From Callorhinchus milii (Eukaryota), in assembly GCF_018977255.1 (NCBI RefSeq), contig NW_024704771.1, forward strand, positions 868,001-932,000: a DNA stretch of 64,000 nucleotides, read 5' to 3'. Under the pieces are notes generated by a model. The model was not told the origin of the DNA. It did no database searches and worked only from the letters and a program-made list of their open reading frames with translations. Position numbers and translations under genes: made by a program. Shown in pieces: positions 21,740-33,153 of this stretch (position 1 is its first letter; each line of letters begins with the position of its first letter).

Positions 21740-23544
21740 CACTGTGCCCCGAAGCTCTGGATTCCCTCCCTCAATCCCTCCGCCCATTGCCCCCTCCCTC
21801 CACACTTTCAAATCCCATCCAAAGACCTTACATTTTGATTGTGTTCACTGTCACCTCTCCCCTCCCTCTACCCCTGGATCGGGGTCAGACTCCACCTCTG
21901 TCAAGCGCTCTGGGACGCTGCCCCGCGTGAAGGACGCGATATAAATGCAAGTTGTTGAATATAAACTCCAGTCTAATAAGTGGAGACATTGCTATATGGG
22001 GCAGTGCTGCCGCCATCTGGTGGTGACAAGATGAACGGCAGTGGGTTCCAGGACCAACATCTGTCACTGAAGCACTCGCCCAGTCAGTCATCGGGTCCTT
22101 TTCCATGTGGTTTAACGATTCTTTTCACCTCTGTTGTTTCAGACACTCTTCTAAGGGCTTTACTAACGGTTCGACTATTTCTCTTCGACTTGTTTTATAT
22201 TCTCCCTTCATCAGTCCTCTATCACCTGACAGTATTTCTCTACAATGTTGTCAGTCTCCGAATGTTTGCATTTTTCTGGTGTTGGTGGACACAAAGTGCA
22301 GACAGTGGGAAAGGTAAGATTGAAGCCGGACAAAGCCAAACCCCCATGACGGTGGGGATGAGAGTAGAGACAATGATAGACAGCATCAGCTCAGGTAAAC
22401 GTCTCACATCTTCTGATGTTTAAAATGTGAATGATGTACATTTACTGATGCAAAAGCTGACAGTCTGTCATGAACAAGGAATGTCTCTGAGGGATTCTGC
22501 CTGAATATGACAAAGCTGTGCATCAGCCCGGCTCAGTCTGTAACACTCACACCCACACCAGGACTTTCAGCTCACAGTCTTCAGTGACCCTCTGGTACAG
22601 AGCTGAGGGAGTTAATATAAGGTCCTCTCTGTGCCTATTCAGGTGAATATAAAGATCTCACACTACTAATGAATAGAGAACTGTCTCTGTTACAAGAATC
22701 AAATCACTAAAGCTGGTCTGTCAGGGCTGACAGATTCTCCCATTCTGTCCTGAGGAGCAGTCCCTGTCCACACACGGTCTGTGCCCCAACCGCACTCCCG
22801 CCTGCAACTGTCCTGCTCCTCGAGCCCCTCACTCCTCTTTGTGTAATGTTTCTGTCTCTCTCAGCTCCGGCCTCTCCGACTCTGGATCCTGATACCAGGA
22901 CTCTGAGTATTTGGAATTCAGAGCGAGGAAGATTGGGATCGACACAAAATAAGTTTTGAAAAGGTTTCCGTGGGCCTTCGCTGTGTATCCTCCCGTGGGC
23001 TCCCCTCTCCTGTCACACTGAGCAGCCTCACCATCCTCACTGGCCGTCACAGGGGCCGGGGATACCCACTGTCACTCAGATTGTTTGAATCACTGATACA
23101 CTATCTCCTGTTCCTGGGATTCAAACAATTACAAATTATTGGTGTTTTGCAATAAAGCAGTAAATGCCGGGACCGACATTGGAATGACACTCAGCTGGAA
23201 ATTCCGTCTCTCCAGACGGGATCTCCCCCATTGGTCCGGCCTCGAGCCGGGGGTTCAGTGTAATGAGCCACTGTAGCCGCCAGACAGCACAATCAGCACC
23301 AGCACCGCAACAGCTCGTCTGGATTAACATCATTCAGAGCATCAGAGGAACCTGACACCCAATGTGTGGGAGCAAAACGTGAGCCATCTTTGTAAAGCTC
23401 ATCGCCAGCTCATCTCTGTGCTCGTGTTGGGAGAATCTGACTTGCCATCCAGTGTGTGAGCTCACACGCTCTGAGACAGGGATATATATCGCTGATATCT
23501 TTCTCTCCAGCAATGCCCAGTCTCATAGTCGGGGCTGTGCTCAG
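21740..23544 (+). repeat. Segmental duplication unit (L2 tail + TRIM 3' exons + 3'UTR module); partner ~57585-59380
   Basis: Colinear high similarity, e.g. paralogous ORFs 21980/57947, 22829/58686 and 23136/58977. Confidence 0.92.
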
Positions 23545-24310
23545 CATAAGAGAGAGAATCCATCTTACTGCAATTATCAATGCAACGAGCATTATGATTT
23601 GAACAATTGTGATAAAAGCCGTAACAGAGAGTGCTGTCCAGCATTGCAAACTGTCTGCCATCATCTGGGTGTTCCATCCAAATGTTGGCTTGAGTGGTTC
23701 AGCCCCAGGTGGTCCTGTTGTAAGATGTTCAGATGTTTCTGTGAGGTGAATTCCCAGCCCAGTGTAGCCCGCAAGTTTGTGGATGGCAAACGGATATGAT
23801 GTCCGAAGTGGGCGATTGCCTCCAATTCCTCTCGGTATAGGTCCGAGTAAAGCTACACACGAGTGGAGTTACGTATGATGAAGGGATAGAGAATTTGTTC
23901 CCCAATCTGTACTTCGAAATGTAGGGTAAAGCATCCCATAGGCCTGGTCAGGGGGCAATTTTATCTGCCATACTGGAAGGAAGTTTCAGTGGTGACATAA
24001 CAATAAACAGCTTGACCGCGGTATATGTACTCGGTACAAACCCAATGGGAAGTCAGAGAAAGTTGGCATCAAGATGACACTTGTCTAATCATGATGCCGC
24101 AGGTGGATATCTTCCGTGGGGTGGGGCAGGCCCATTTCTGCTGCTTTAAAACACAATCGGTAAGGTCGACCCCTTACCGGGTATCATATACAATGGTAAC
24201 AAAACCAGGTGCAGTTATATACTGTACCCAATGGCCCTGCCTGATTGCTCCTAAAGGATGGAGTTGGTACAGTGTCTCCCTGTCCCTGTTCACTGGCACC
24301 ATTCTCACCC
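23545..24310 (-). pseudogene. Decayed retroviral env-like fragment (TM-subunit ectodomain + transmembrane helix), foamy/class-III-like cysteine pattern
   Basis: Manual minus-strand translation: VPVNRDRETLYQLHPLGAIRQGHWVQYITAPGFV..DLTDCVLKQQKWACPTPRKISTCG..CQL..YCYVTTETSFQYG.NCPL..GCF..VQIG; then, after a frameshift, WTALSVTAFITIVQIIMLVALIIAVRWIL. It carries several in-frame stops. Family assignment is by motif recall only. Confidence 0.55.
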
Positions 24311-25370
24311 CTTCAAAAACAGCCATTGTCACTCCTATCCTTAAAATCCCTCTCGGATCTCAAATTACCTTTCCATCTCCAACCTGCTTTTCCATTCCAA
24401 TGTCCTGGAATGAGTTTTTGCTACCCTGTGTCACTCTCTCCGCTCCCGCCACTCCCTTCGCGAGTACCCCCAATCAGGTTTCTGTGCTGCCCACAGCGCA
24501 GAAACAGCTTTGCTGAAAGTGAATAATGTCATTTTGTCCATCTGTGTCCAGGGCTCCCTCTGCCTCCTTCTCCTCCATGACCTCTCTGCTGTCTTTCAAA
24601 CTGTTGACTGCTCTATCCTTTTGTACCACCTCCCCAGTCACCACACTTGCACTGGCTGCCTGTCCCAGAGAGGATCAACTTCAAGATCCTCACTCTTGTC
24701 TTCAAATCCCTCCACTCCTCTGCACCCCCCGACCTCTCTGACCTCCTCTCTCCTCACAGCAGTGCCCATTGCCTTCGTTCCAAGGAGGGTCTGGCCTACT
24801 CCTTGTCCCCTGAGCCCTCCTCTCCACCCTCGGTGGCTGTGCCTTCAGCCACTATGCCCTGAGACCCTGGAACTCCCTTCCTCACTTCCTTTGCCTCGAC
24901 CCCTCTCTTCCTATTTTCAGATCTCGGCTGAAGACTTTTCTTTTTGACCACGCCTTTGGTCACCTTCCTTCCCCTCCCCCCGGCTCATCACCGGGATCCG
25001 TTTCTTTGTAGTGCTCTGAGACGCCGTCCGGTGTGGAGGCCGCCATATAAATTCAAGTTGTTGTTGTTGAGTCCTACTTGACTAAACTGCCACAATCTCC
25101 CTCTGGAAACTGGTTCTCCTCACCTGTGGGGTACTCCAAGGCTCCATTATTGGCCCCTTTCTTTTATCACTGACACGTTCCGTCTCAGATATGGGGTCGA
25201 CTTCCACATATATGCGGATGACACCCAAATCTACTTTCTTCCTCCAGAATGCCCTGAGGCTCTGGAACTCTATCCCCCCAATCCCTCTTCCTTGCCCTCT
25301 CGCTCAATTTCAAATCCCACCTAAAGGCATTCCTTTTTGATTGTGCTTACAGTCACCTCTCCCCTTCGCT
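24310..25370 (+). mobile_element. L2 fragments
   Basis: FKTAIVTPILK, QGSLCLLLLHDLSAVFQTVD, LHWLPVPERINFKILTLVFK and (ttg)n tail at ~25060; a further fragment with YADDTQ at ~25210. Confidence 0.82.
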
Positions 25371-25902
25371 TCGGGTGGGACCTCTACACACAATCTAATA
25401 CTTTCCCAAATGAGGTGTCCCTCCAGGGAGAGAGTCTGCATTCCAACAATCTCTCTCTGGGGTTTCTATGTGCAGAGGGGATGTGTGGGATCCTCAGATT
25501 GGTTTGGATACTCTCAAGTACGGTGATGGTTGGGGCCAATAGAACATTGTGGAAATATTTGCCCCAAATTGTGGGCTTTTAACTGAGCACATTTTGGATA
25601 AAAGTGCGAGGAGTTGATTGATGTTATTGAGAGGTACATTTTACTGCTAAACTATAATTTTTCACGTCATTGATTAGCAATTAAACATAAAGAAATATCA
25701 CAGATTAGATTGTTGTACAATCAATTATTAATGTTTTCTTTAATATAAACTGCGGGAACGACACAGCGCAGCGCGAAGGGCTGAATGGCGGTTTCCACTC
25801 CGCGCTCCGTGTGAAGGCCTCAAAACAACAGCTTTGCTCACAAAGCTCATCAGTGTCCTGACTGTGGATTACAGGGGGTCACCACCTCCTCTCTCTCAGG
25901 GT

Positions 25903-26331
25903 NNNNNNNNNNNNNNNNNNNNNNNNNNNNNNNNNNNNNNNNNNNNNNNNNNNNNNNNNNNNNNNNNNNNNNNNNNNNNNNNNNNNNNNNNNNNNNNNNN
26001 NNNNNNNNNNNNNNNNNNNNNNNNNNNNNNNNNNNNNNNNNNNNNNNNNNNNNNNNNNNNNNNNNNNNNNNNNNNNNNNNNNNNNNNNNNNNNNNNNNNN
26101 NNNNNNNNNNNNNNNNNNNNNNNNNNNNNNNNNNNNNNNNNNNNNNNNNNNNNNNNNNNNNNNNNNNNNNNNNNNNNNNNNNNNNNNNNNNNNNNNNNNN
26201 NNNNNNNNNNNNNNNNNNNNNNNNNNNNNNNNNNNNNNNNNNNNNNNNNNNNNNNNNNNNNNNNNNNNNNNNNNNNNNNNNNNNNNNNNNNNNNNNNNNN
26301 NNNNNNNNNNNNNNNNNNNNNNNNNNNNNNN
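25903..26331. other. Assembly gap (429 N)
   Basis: Run of N. Confidence 1.
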
Positions 26332-26506
26332 CTCAGAGACTCACACACACAGAGACTAACACACACACACAATCAAATACACAGATTCACACCCACAGAA
26401 ACACACACCCACACACTCACAGACTCACTCACACACACTCATGCACATATACACACAGACATACACTCACAGACAGAAACACACACAGTGTTGCTGACAC
26501 TGACCT

Positions 26507-27960
26507 GAACAGCAGCAATGGCGGTGCCCGGGAGCCACAATGCACTGCGCGGGTGAAAGCGCCCTATCACTGTGTGATGGTGGCGGTGTATCACTGACAG
26601 TGCGGAGTGGCTGCAGCGCCACCTGTTGGTGACACAGCGTCACCGCGGCATCTAACTACATAACGCACGAGGCAGCGCCACCCGTTGGTGACACAGCGTC
26701 ACCGCAGGATATAACAGCACACAATGGCGGCCGCGGTATTCGGGTAACGTTGGACACCGGTTAATTCGGACACAAAGCGCCAGGTCCCTGTTGGGTTGTG
26801 CTGTGAACCGGTTTCCATCCGACGGCTGTCAATCAGCGAAGGGGGCGGGAGGAACGGGACAGAAACGAGGGCGGGGCCGGAGAGGGGAGGAGTCACCACC
26901 ACACATTGATTGACAGGAGCTCCGGGCGGCCAATCAGCAGCCAGAGCGGGGGGGGGGGGGGATTGACAGCTTCCGGTGCACAGGAAGGAACCCGTCATTT
27001 CCCCCAAAACAACAGGAAAGTCAACAAGTTACTGTTTATTACCTGTTTCCTGTCATCTCCTTCCCCGCCCTCCCTGCCCTCTCTGTCCCGCCCTCTTTCT
27101 CACTCCCTCCTTCTCTCTCTGACCCTTTCTCTCACTCACTCTCTATCTCTGACTCTCACTCCCTCTCTCTGTCTCTCTCTCACTCCCTCTCTCTCACTTC
27201 ACTCAGTTGTTCGTCGATTGCCGGGTCACTTTTCCGGGGGAACTAATCCCTACAACAACAATAATAATTTAGTTGCTTCAATCCATGGCTGTTTGTGGGG
27301 ACACTGCTGTGCACAATTGGCTGCTGCTCTTTGCCCACAAAACATACAGTCACTTACGCTTTAGAGTGTATCCTGTGAAGCCCTTTGAGATGTGTTGAAT
27401 AAGTGTTAAGTCGCTATATCAAATGCAAAGATTATTGTTACTATTATTCTCTCTCTCTGTCTCTACATTACATATCTTACGAGCTCTTGTCGCGCACGTG
27501 TTCGATACCCAAGTGGGGAGAAACCTTAGGCAACTTTCCTTACTTCACACGCCTCTGTTTACCAAGCAGTCATTAGGAACCAGTTTTAGGCGCATTCTGG
27601 GGTGAATAGTCCCTTTAAAAAAGAATTTGGACACTGTTTGTGCGATACCTCTGTGTGCAATTGGTTGCCACATTTCAACCACAAAATAACACAGTCAATT
27701 CATTTTACACAATATTGTGTGAAGCCCTTTGGGACGTCTGAAAGATGTGATAAAGTGCTATATCAAATGCAAGAATTATAATTACATTCAGTTCTTGTCT
27801 CCTGTCACCCTCCTCACCTGCTCTCTATCCGGGGCCCTTCCACAGACTTCCCTCTGCTCCAGCCCTGGGCCTCCTCCACCCGGAGCACCGCAACACTTGT
27901 CAATGGTTGTCCCAGAGCAGCCACCCCGACTGCCCCATCATCAGCGCACCCCAAGGCCTG
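26507..27960. repeat. Right arm of the inverted segmental duplication (partner 16824-18106), including a CpG-island promoter facing the gap
   Basis: Reverse complement of the left arm, with an extra ~150-bp GC-box/CCAAT block (~26800-26960) that the left arm lacks. Confidence 0.9.
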
Positions 27961-28194
27961 CCTTCCCTGCCTCCAAAAGGTAACCCCTACCCCCTTCTCT
28001 CACTTCCCTCATCCACATCCTTCCCAACTGAATTAAAAAAGAAATAATTTGGTCACTCAATCCAAGAGTGTTTGTGGGTCACTGTTCGACATGGCGAGCG
28101 GCGGCAGGACAGCGCGGGGAGGAGCCTGGGCCTACCTACCCAGGTTGCGGTGGCAGGGAGTGCAGCCAGGAAGGTGTGGGGGCGGAGTGGGGGA

Positions 28195-29077
28195 ACCGTT
28201 CCCGTCATAGTTTAGTTTTCAGGAGTGTGCCTTCAGCTTCCCTCTCGACTCAGGAGCTGACAGCATCAGCATCCAAGGCCGCACTCTCCACCTCTCAAAG
28301 CCGGTCAGGAACCTCGGGGTTCTGTTCGACCCTGAGCTGTCCTTTCTCCCTCATATCCGCACCACAACTGGCACCGCCTTCCATCACCTCCGGAATGTCA
28401 CCAGACTACGGCACTACCTCACCCCTCACGCTGCTGAAACTCTGGCCCACGCCTTTATCAACTCAAGGCTGGACTACAGGAACTCTCTCCTCGCCGGCCT
28501 TCCCGGCCCTCCCTCCACAAGCTGCAGGTCGTTCAGAACTCTGCAGCTCGTGTACTGTCCGGCACCAGGCTTCGGGACCACATCACTCCCACCCTCGCTC
28601 GCCTCCACTGGCTCCCCATCCCCCAGAGGATTGATTTCAAGATCCTCACCCTCACCTACAAGGCCATTCACGGCCTTGCTCCCTCCTACCTCTCTGACCT
28701 ACTATCCCCCTACCTACCTGCCCGTACCCTCCGTTCCTCTGGCTCCGCTCTGCTCCACATCCCCCGCCCCAACCACCCTACCATCGGTGGCCGAGCCTTC
28801 AGCCTCTCAGCCCCAGGCTCTGGAACTCTATCCCCCAGTACCTTCGCCGCCTCCTCCCTTTCCTCCTTCAAGGCCGGTCTCAAGACCTTTCTCTTTGACC
28901 GTGCCTTCAGCTCCCCTCTCGACTCTCTACCCCCCACTCGCTCCCTCCCTTCCCTCCCCCTGACCATTTCCCCCCTGCTCAGGTCCTGACCCAACTGTAG
29001 AGCGCCTTGGGACGTCCTCCCGACGTGAAAAACGCTCTATAAATGGAATCTTCTTGTTGTTGTTGTTGTTGTTGTAG
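28195..29077 (+). mobile_element. 5'-truncated young L2 copy with (TTG)n tail
   Basis: Nearly identical to the 3' part of 52536-54131; ends taaatggaatcttc(ttg)n. Confidence 0.92.
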
Positions 29078-29289
29078 TTTCCCGGAGCATTTGACAGTGC
29101 TGGAGTCTGACTCCGAGCCAGGGGGAAGAGGGAGGTGAGAGTTGACCAAAGGCACAATCAAAAATAAAAGTCTTTAGGCCTTCACACATACCTAAACCTC
29201 TGAGGTTAATGTCTGCATGTATGTGATGTACAGGTGTAGTGTAGAAAACAACTTTGATATAAACCTACTTATTGTTACAGATAATTACA

Positions 29290-29990
29290 TAGAATTACAG
29301 AGAACATACAGCACAGAAACAGTCTATTCCTCCCATCTGGTCTATGCCGGTGTTTATGCTCCACATGACTGTCCTTCTGCCCTTTCTCAACTGAGCCAAT
29401 CAACATAACCTTCTGCTGCTTTCTCCCTCATGTATTTATTTAGCTTCCCCTTAAACAAGTCTATGCTATTTGCCTTAACTTCTCCTTGTTGCAGCAAGTA
29501 CCACATGCCCACAGCTCTGTGGGTAAAGAAGTTTCTTCTGACTTCCCTGTTTGATTTATTGGTGATTATGTTATTTCGATGGCCGCTGATATCGGTCTCA
29601 ACCACAAGTGAGGTCTCCCCCCCGAGCCTGCCCCGCCATTGAATAAGATCATGGCTGATCTACTAACCTAATTCCATTTACCCGCCCTCTCCCCATATAC
29701 CTTAATGCCTTGAGTTTTTAAAAATCTATCGATCTCAGTCTTGAATAATATGGGGATCAGAACTGTAAACAGTATTCCAAGTGTTGTCTAAACAAGGTTC
29801 GATATTAGTTTAGCATAACTTCCCTACTTTTCATTTTTATACCTCTAGAAATGAACCCCAATGTTTGATTTGTTTGTTTATGACCTTATTAACCTGTGTC
29901 GCTATGTTTAGCGATTTGTGTAACTGTATCCATAGATCCCTTTGCTCCTCTACCCCATTTAGATGCTTATTTTCCAGGCAAATGATCCAA
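29290..29990 (-). mobile_element. CR1 fragments (RT C-terminus and 3'UTR)
   Basis: Minus-strand peptide NREVRRNFFTHRAVGMW..VKANSIDLFKGKLNKYM; shares blocks with 40147-40700. Confidence 0.75.
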
Positions 29991-30760
29991 TATGGAATGT
30001 AGATTGTCACACAGAGACACTCAGACAGACATTGCATCTTTATCTATGCTCATCTGGGAGGACTCCTGTGGGAGGAATCCTCTTGAGACGACTCATTGGG
30101 AGGTCTCCTTAATAAATTTTCTCTCACAGTCTCTCTCTCCCTCTCAGTCTCCCTCCCAGTCCCCCACCCCCAACCTCATTCCCAGCCTCTCTTCTCTCAA
30201 TCCAAGTCTCTCTCCATCTCTCAGTCTCTTTCACTATCTCAGTCTCTCCAAGTATCTCAGTCTCTCTCAGTGTCTTTCTCTCAGTTTCTCTCACTGTGTT
30301 TCTCTCAGTCTATCTGTCTCTCTCTCTCACTATTTCATTTTCTCTCTCTCTGTCTATTTCACTGTCTGTCTGAGCCTCTCTCCTTATCTCGGTCTCTCTC
30401 CCTTAGACTCTCTCGCCATCTGTCCCACATGGGAGGACACGGCTCCCACGACAACGAGAAAAAAGCCATTCATTTGTTGCAGAATATAGATGTATCTCTC
30501 TGAACGGTTTGTGCTTTCGTCTGTCGCGACGTAGTTGCAGAATGCGCTGTATAATTCATATTTTGGGCTTAATTAATGCATTTTTTATTGTAGCTCATCA
30601 ACGATGGGCAATTCCCCCCCAAAAATGCCCATGACACTGCCGGATGCAAGACCTTTCTGATGAGGTATAAATCATGTCTCTACATCACTCGGTTATTGTG
30701 TGTTTGTCGGATACACTGACAGACAGACACACACACAGACATTTCGTCCTTAGTGTAGCT
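29985..30760 (-). mobile_element. Helitron-like family copy with an internal CT-rich microsatellite (~30120-30420)
   Basis: Shares gggaggactcctgtggg, tagctcatcaa, cccatgacact and gaggtataaatcatgt with 16379-16640. Confidence 0.55.
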
Positions 30761-31244
30761 TCTCTTACCAGTTAGAGGTGTAGGTGTTACTGTACCCCTC
30801 ACTTGAGCGCTTTTCTGCTCTTCGGCGAAGGCAAACACACACACAGTGACTGCACACCAACACCACACACTTCACACACTGTTGGGAGCAGCTGAAGGCG
30901 GGAAACTGGGCAGAGAAGAGGCTGTGACCAACAGCACAACATCCACACACGCACTTTCCAGCTTTGGGCACTGGAGTTTATCAGGAGCAGTGATCCTGGG
31001 ACATCATATCTGTCTGAGGGGCTTAAGAGTATCCAAACCAAAGCTGAGATTTCATTGCATCCCACATACACATGGAAATCCCAGAGATACACTGTTGGAA
31101 TGGAGTGTGAACTCTCTCCCTGGAGGGACACATCCTGTTTACCTAATTCTGGAAAGTATTAGGCACAGGTTGGCAATAAACAAGGCTTGGGGTCCCCAGA
31201 TTGTAACTGATGGAGTCTATCCAGCTAAAACCGTATAGCGTATA

Positions 31245-31425
31245 GAAGCATATAATCACATTATACAGCACAGAAGGAGGCCATTTGGCCCATCATGTCT
31301 GTGTGGGCTCTTTGAAAAGTGCTATCCAAATCAATCCCACTCCCCCACTCTCTCCCCATAGCTCTGCAAACTTGTTCTCCCCAAATAATTATCTATTTTT
31401 CTCTTAAACGTTGCTATTGAATCAG
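31245..31425 (-). mobile_element. CR1 3'UTR fragment
   Basis: Reverse complement of the 18950-19207 type tail (tacagcacagaaggaggccatttggccc). Confidence 0.7.
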
Positions 31426-31529
31426 CTTAAACCAGACAATCCTTGCCAAGCTTTCCCGTTGCTCTTTGCTTTATGAAATACAAAGGTTATTATTATATTA
31501 CCACCCGCACCCAGTACAAAGGTGAGGTG

Positions 31530-32225
31530 GTGTCTGACCCCAGCCGGCATCGTGTCTGAATTTCCTTTCTACCACACATCCATTCCCTGATCAGGATCAC
31601 TTTTTTCTACCTTTGCTATATTGCCCACCTCTGTCTGTACCTCACAACCGATGCAGCTGAAACCCTTGTCCACACCTTCAGCAATTCCCGGCTGGACTAT
31701 TCCACTGCCCTCCTCGCTGGTCTCCCCAGCTCCCCCATACACAAATACAACTGATTCAAAACTCTGATGCCCAGATAGTCACTCACACGAAACTCCGTGC
31801 CCCCATCACACCAGTCCTTGCCAGGCTACGCTGGCTCCCAGTCACCGAATGGATTGATTTCAAGAACCTCTCATTTGTTTTCAAATCACTTCATTCCCTC
31901 GCACCTCCCTACCTATCTGACCTGCTTACCCCCCATTCTACCACCCACTGCCTCTGCTCGAATGTCTCCAGCCCGTCTTTCCCTCCATTCCACCATTTGT
32001 GGACATGCCTTTAGCCACTATGCCTTGAGACTCTGGAGCTCTCCCTCAATCCCTCCCCCTGCCCCCTCCCTTCCCACCTTGAAATCCCGCCTGAAGAGCT
32101 TTCTTTTTGATCGTGCTGATGGTCACCTCCCCTCTCCCTCTCCCCGTGGCTTATTGCCACACTCCACCACTGTGCAGCGCTCTGGGTTGCTACACCGCAT
32201 GAAGGTCGCAATGTCAAGTTGTTGT
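31530..32225 (+). mobile_element. L2 3' fragment
   Basis: aaacccttgtccacaccttc..ctggactattcc, KSRLKSFLFDRA and gttgttg tail. Confidence 0.78.
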
Positions 32226-33153
32226 GTATATATGTTTGTAGATGTGTGGAATCTGGGGGAACAGCAGAGGCTCACACCCCAATATAAGTGTCAGCTCATC
32301 ATCCTGTAGATACAGGCTGGCAGAGCCGGGGGACCGTGTAACTGTGCCTGTAAATAAAGGGCGTTGAAACAGGAATTGTGAACTTGTTATGTTGCGTTCA
32401 CAATAAATTATATTCTGTTTTTAAAAATCTGTTTCTGCGACACATCAAATGCTGTTTTAACAGATCTAGGTTTTCGATTCAACCTTGATCATATAGAGAT
32501 GGTCACGGTGTTGCTAATACCTGCACCTGTGTCCTCCCCCACTCCAGGCTCCGCCAATCTATCTCTCTTTCTCAGATCAGATCCCCATCCCCATCTCCAG
32601 CTGATTGAGTTCCAGATCCTTGTTTCACCTTGAAAGCTCTCCTCGGTGTTGCCCTCCCAACCTCAGCAAACACCTCCAACCATACAGATCTGTTACACAT
32701 TAACCTGGAAATCAATCACGTGGGACGTTTTCTGTGGATTGAAGATTATTCCAGAGAAACGTGAGGGTGTAACCAGGGTCTCAGAGCAGGAATGTTAGTT
32801 ACTGACAGCAAGTGATGAGCAACAGTCAACATTAACAGTGAAAATCACAGGACTTTTCCCCACTCGATATTGTAGGGAATATTTGAACTGCCCTTTCCCT
32901 GTTTGTGTGGCTATAGTGTGATTCCCACAGAAACCGAAAGCAGATTAGCCTCTGGATATCGCCATCCCAGACACACTTACTTTTAAGAGTGAAGATTCTT
33001 GTCTTTCAATGCCAAACCTAATCAGGTAAGTGTCAAAAATTGTTTCCTGCAATGATATATTATTTACCATTAAAATAATGCCTTAACTTTACTGTTATTC
33101 TAGTTATACAGTTCACTGGTTTCACTTTTAAGTGCGGTGATGTGGAGCTTAAA

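Larger units (their letters stand above)
18349..22959 (+). pseudogene. TRIM-family (RING-B-box-coiled coil-[B30.2]) pseudogene, TRIM39/A33-like architecture
   Basis: Exon 1 (18349-18766): ATG>ACG, 1-nt deletion, RING CPVC..CGHSFCRSC..CPEW, B-box CDDHREELKLFCETD..ICEMC. Exon 19477-19572: 96 nt with TAG. Exon 19983-20194: 212 nt with stops. Exon 20748-20770: 23 nt. Penultimate exon ends ..MIDSISS|gtaaac at 22394. Terminal exon 22865 reads APASPTLDPDT and then loses B30.2. The 96- and 23-nt sizes are typical TRIM coiled-coil exons. Confidence 0.88.

Noticed and set aside
23452-23799. Cys-rich plus-strand ORF
   Set aside because: It is the antisense of the env-like fragment fused to UTR sequence; the minus-strand reading explains it better.
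16824-27960. Inverted repeat as an assembly artefact next to the gap
   Set aside because: The arms differ by many substitutions and a ~150-bp indel, more than expected from duplicated reads. Long reads would still be the final test.
32240-32420. Possible solo LTR (TATA-like aatataag, two AATAAA)
   Set aside because: No second copy, TSD or clear TG...CA ends were found in the window.
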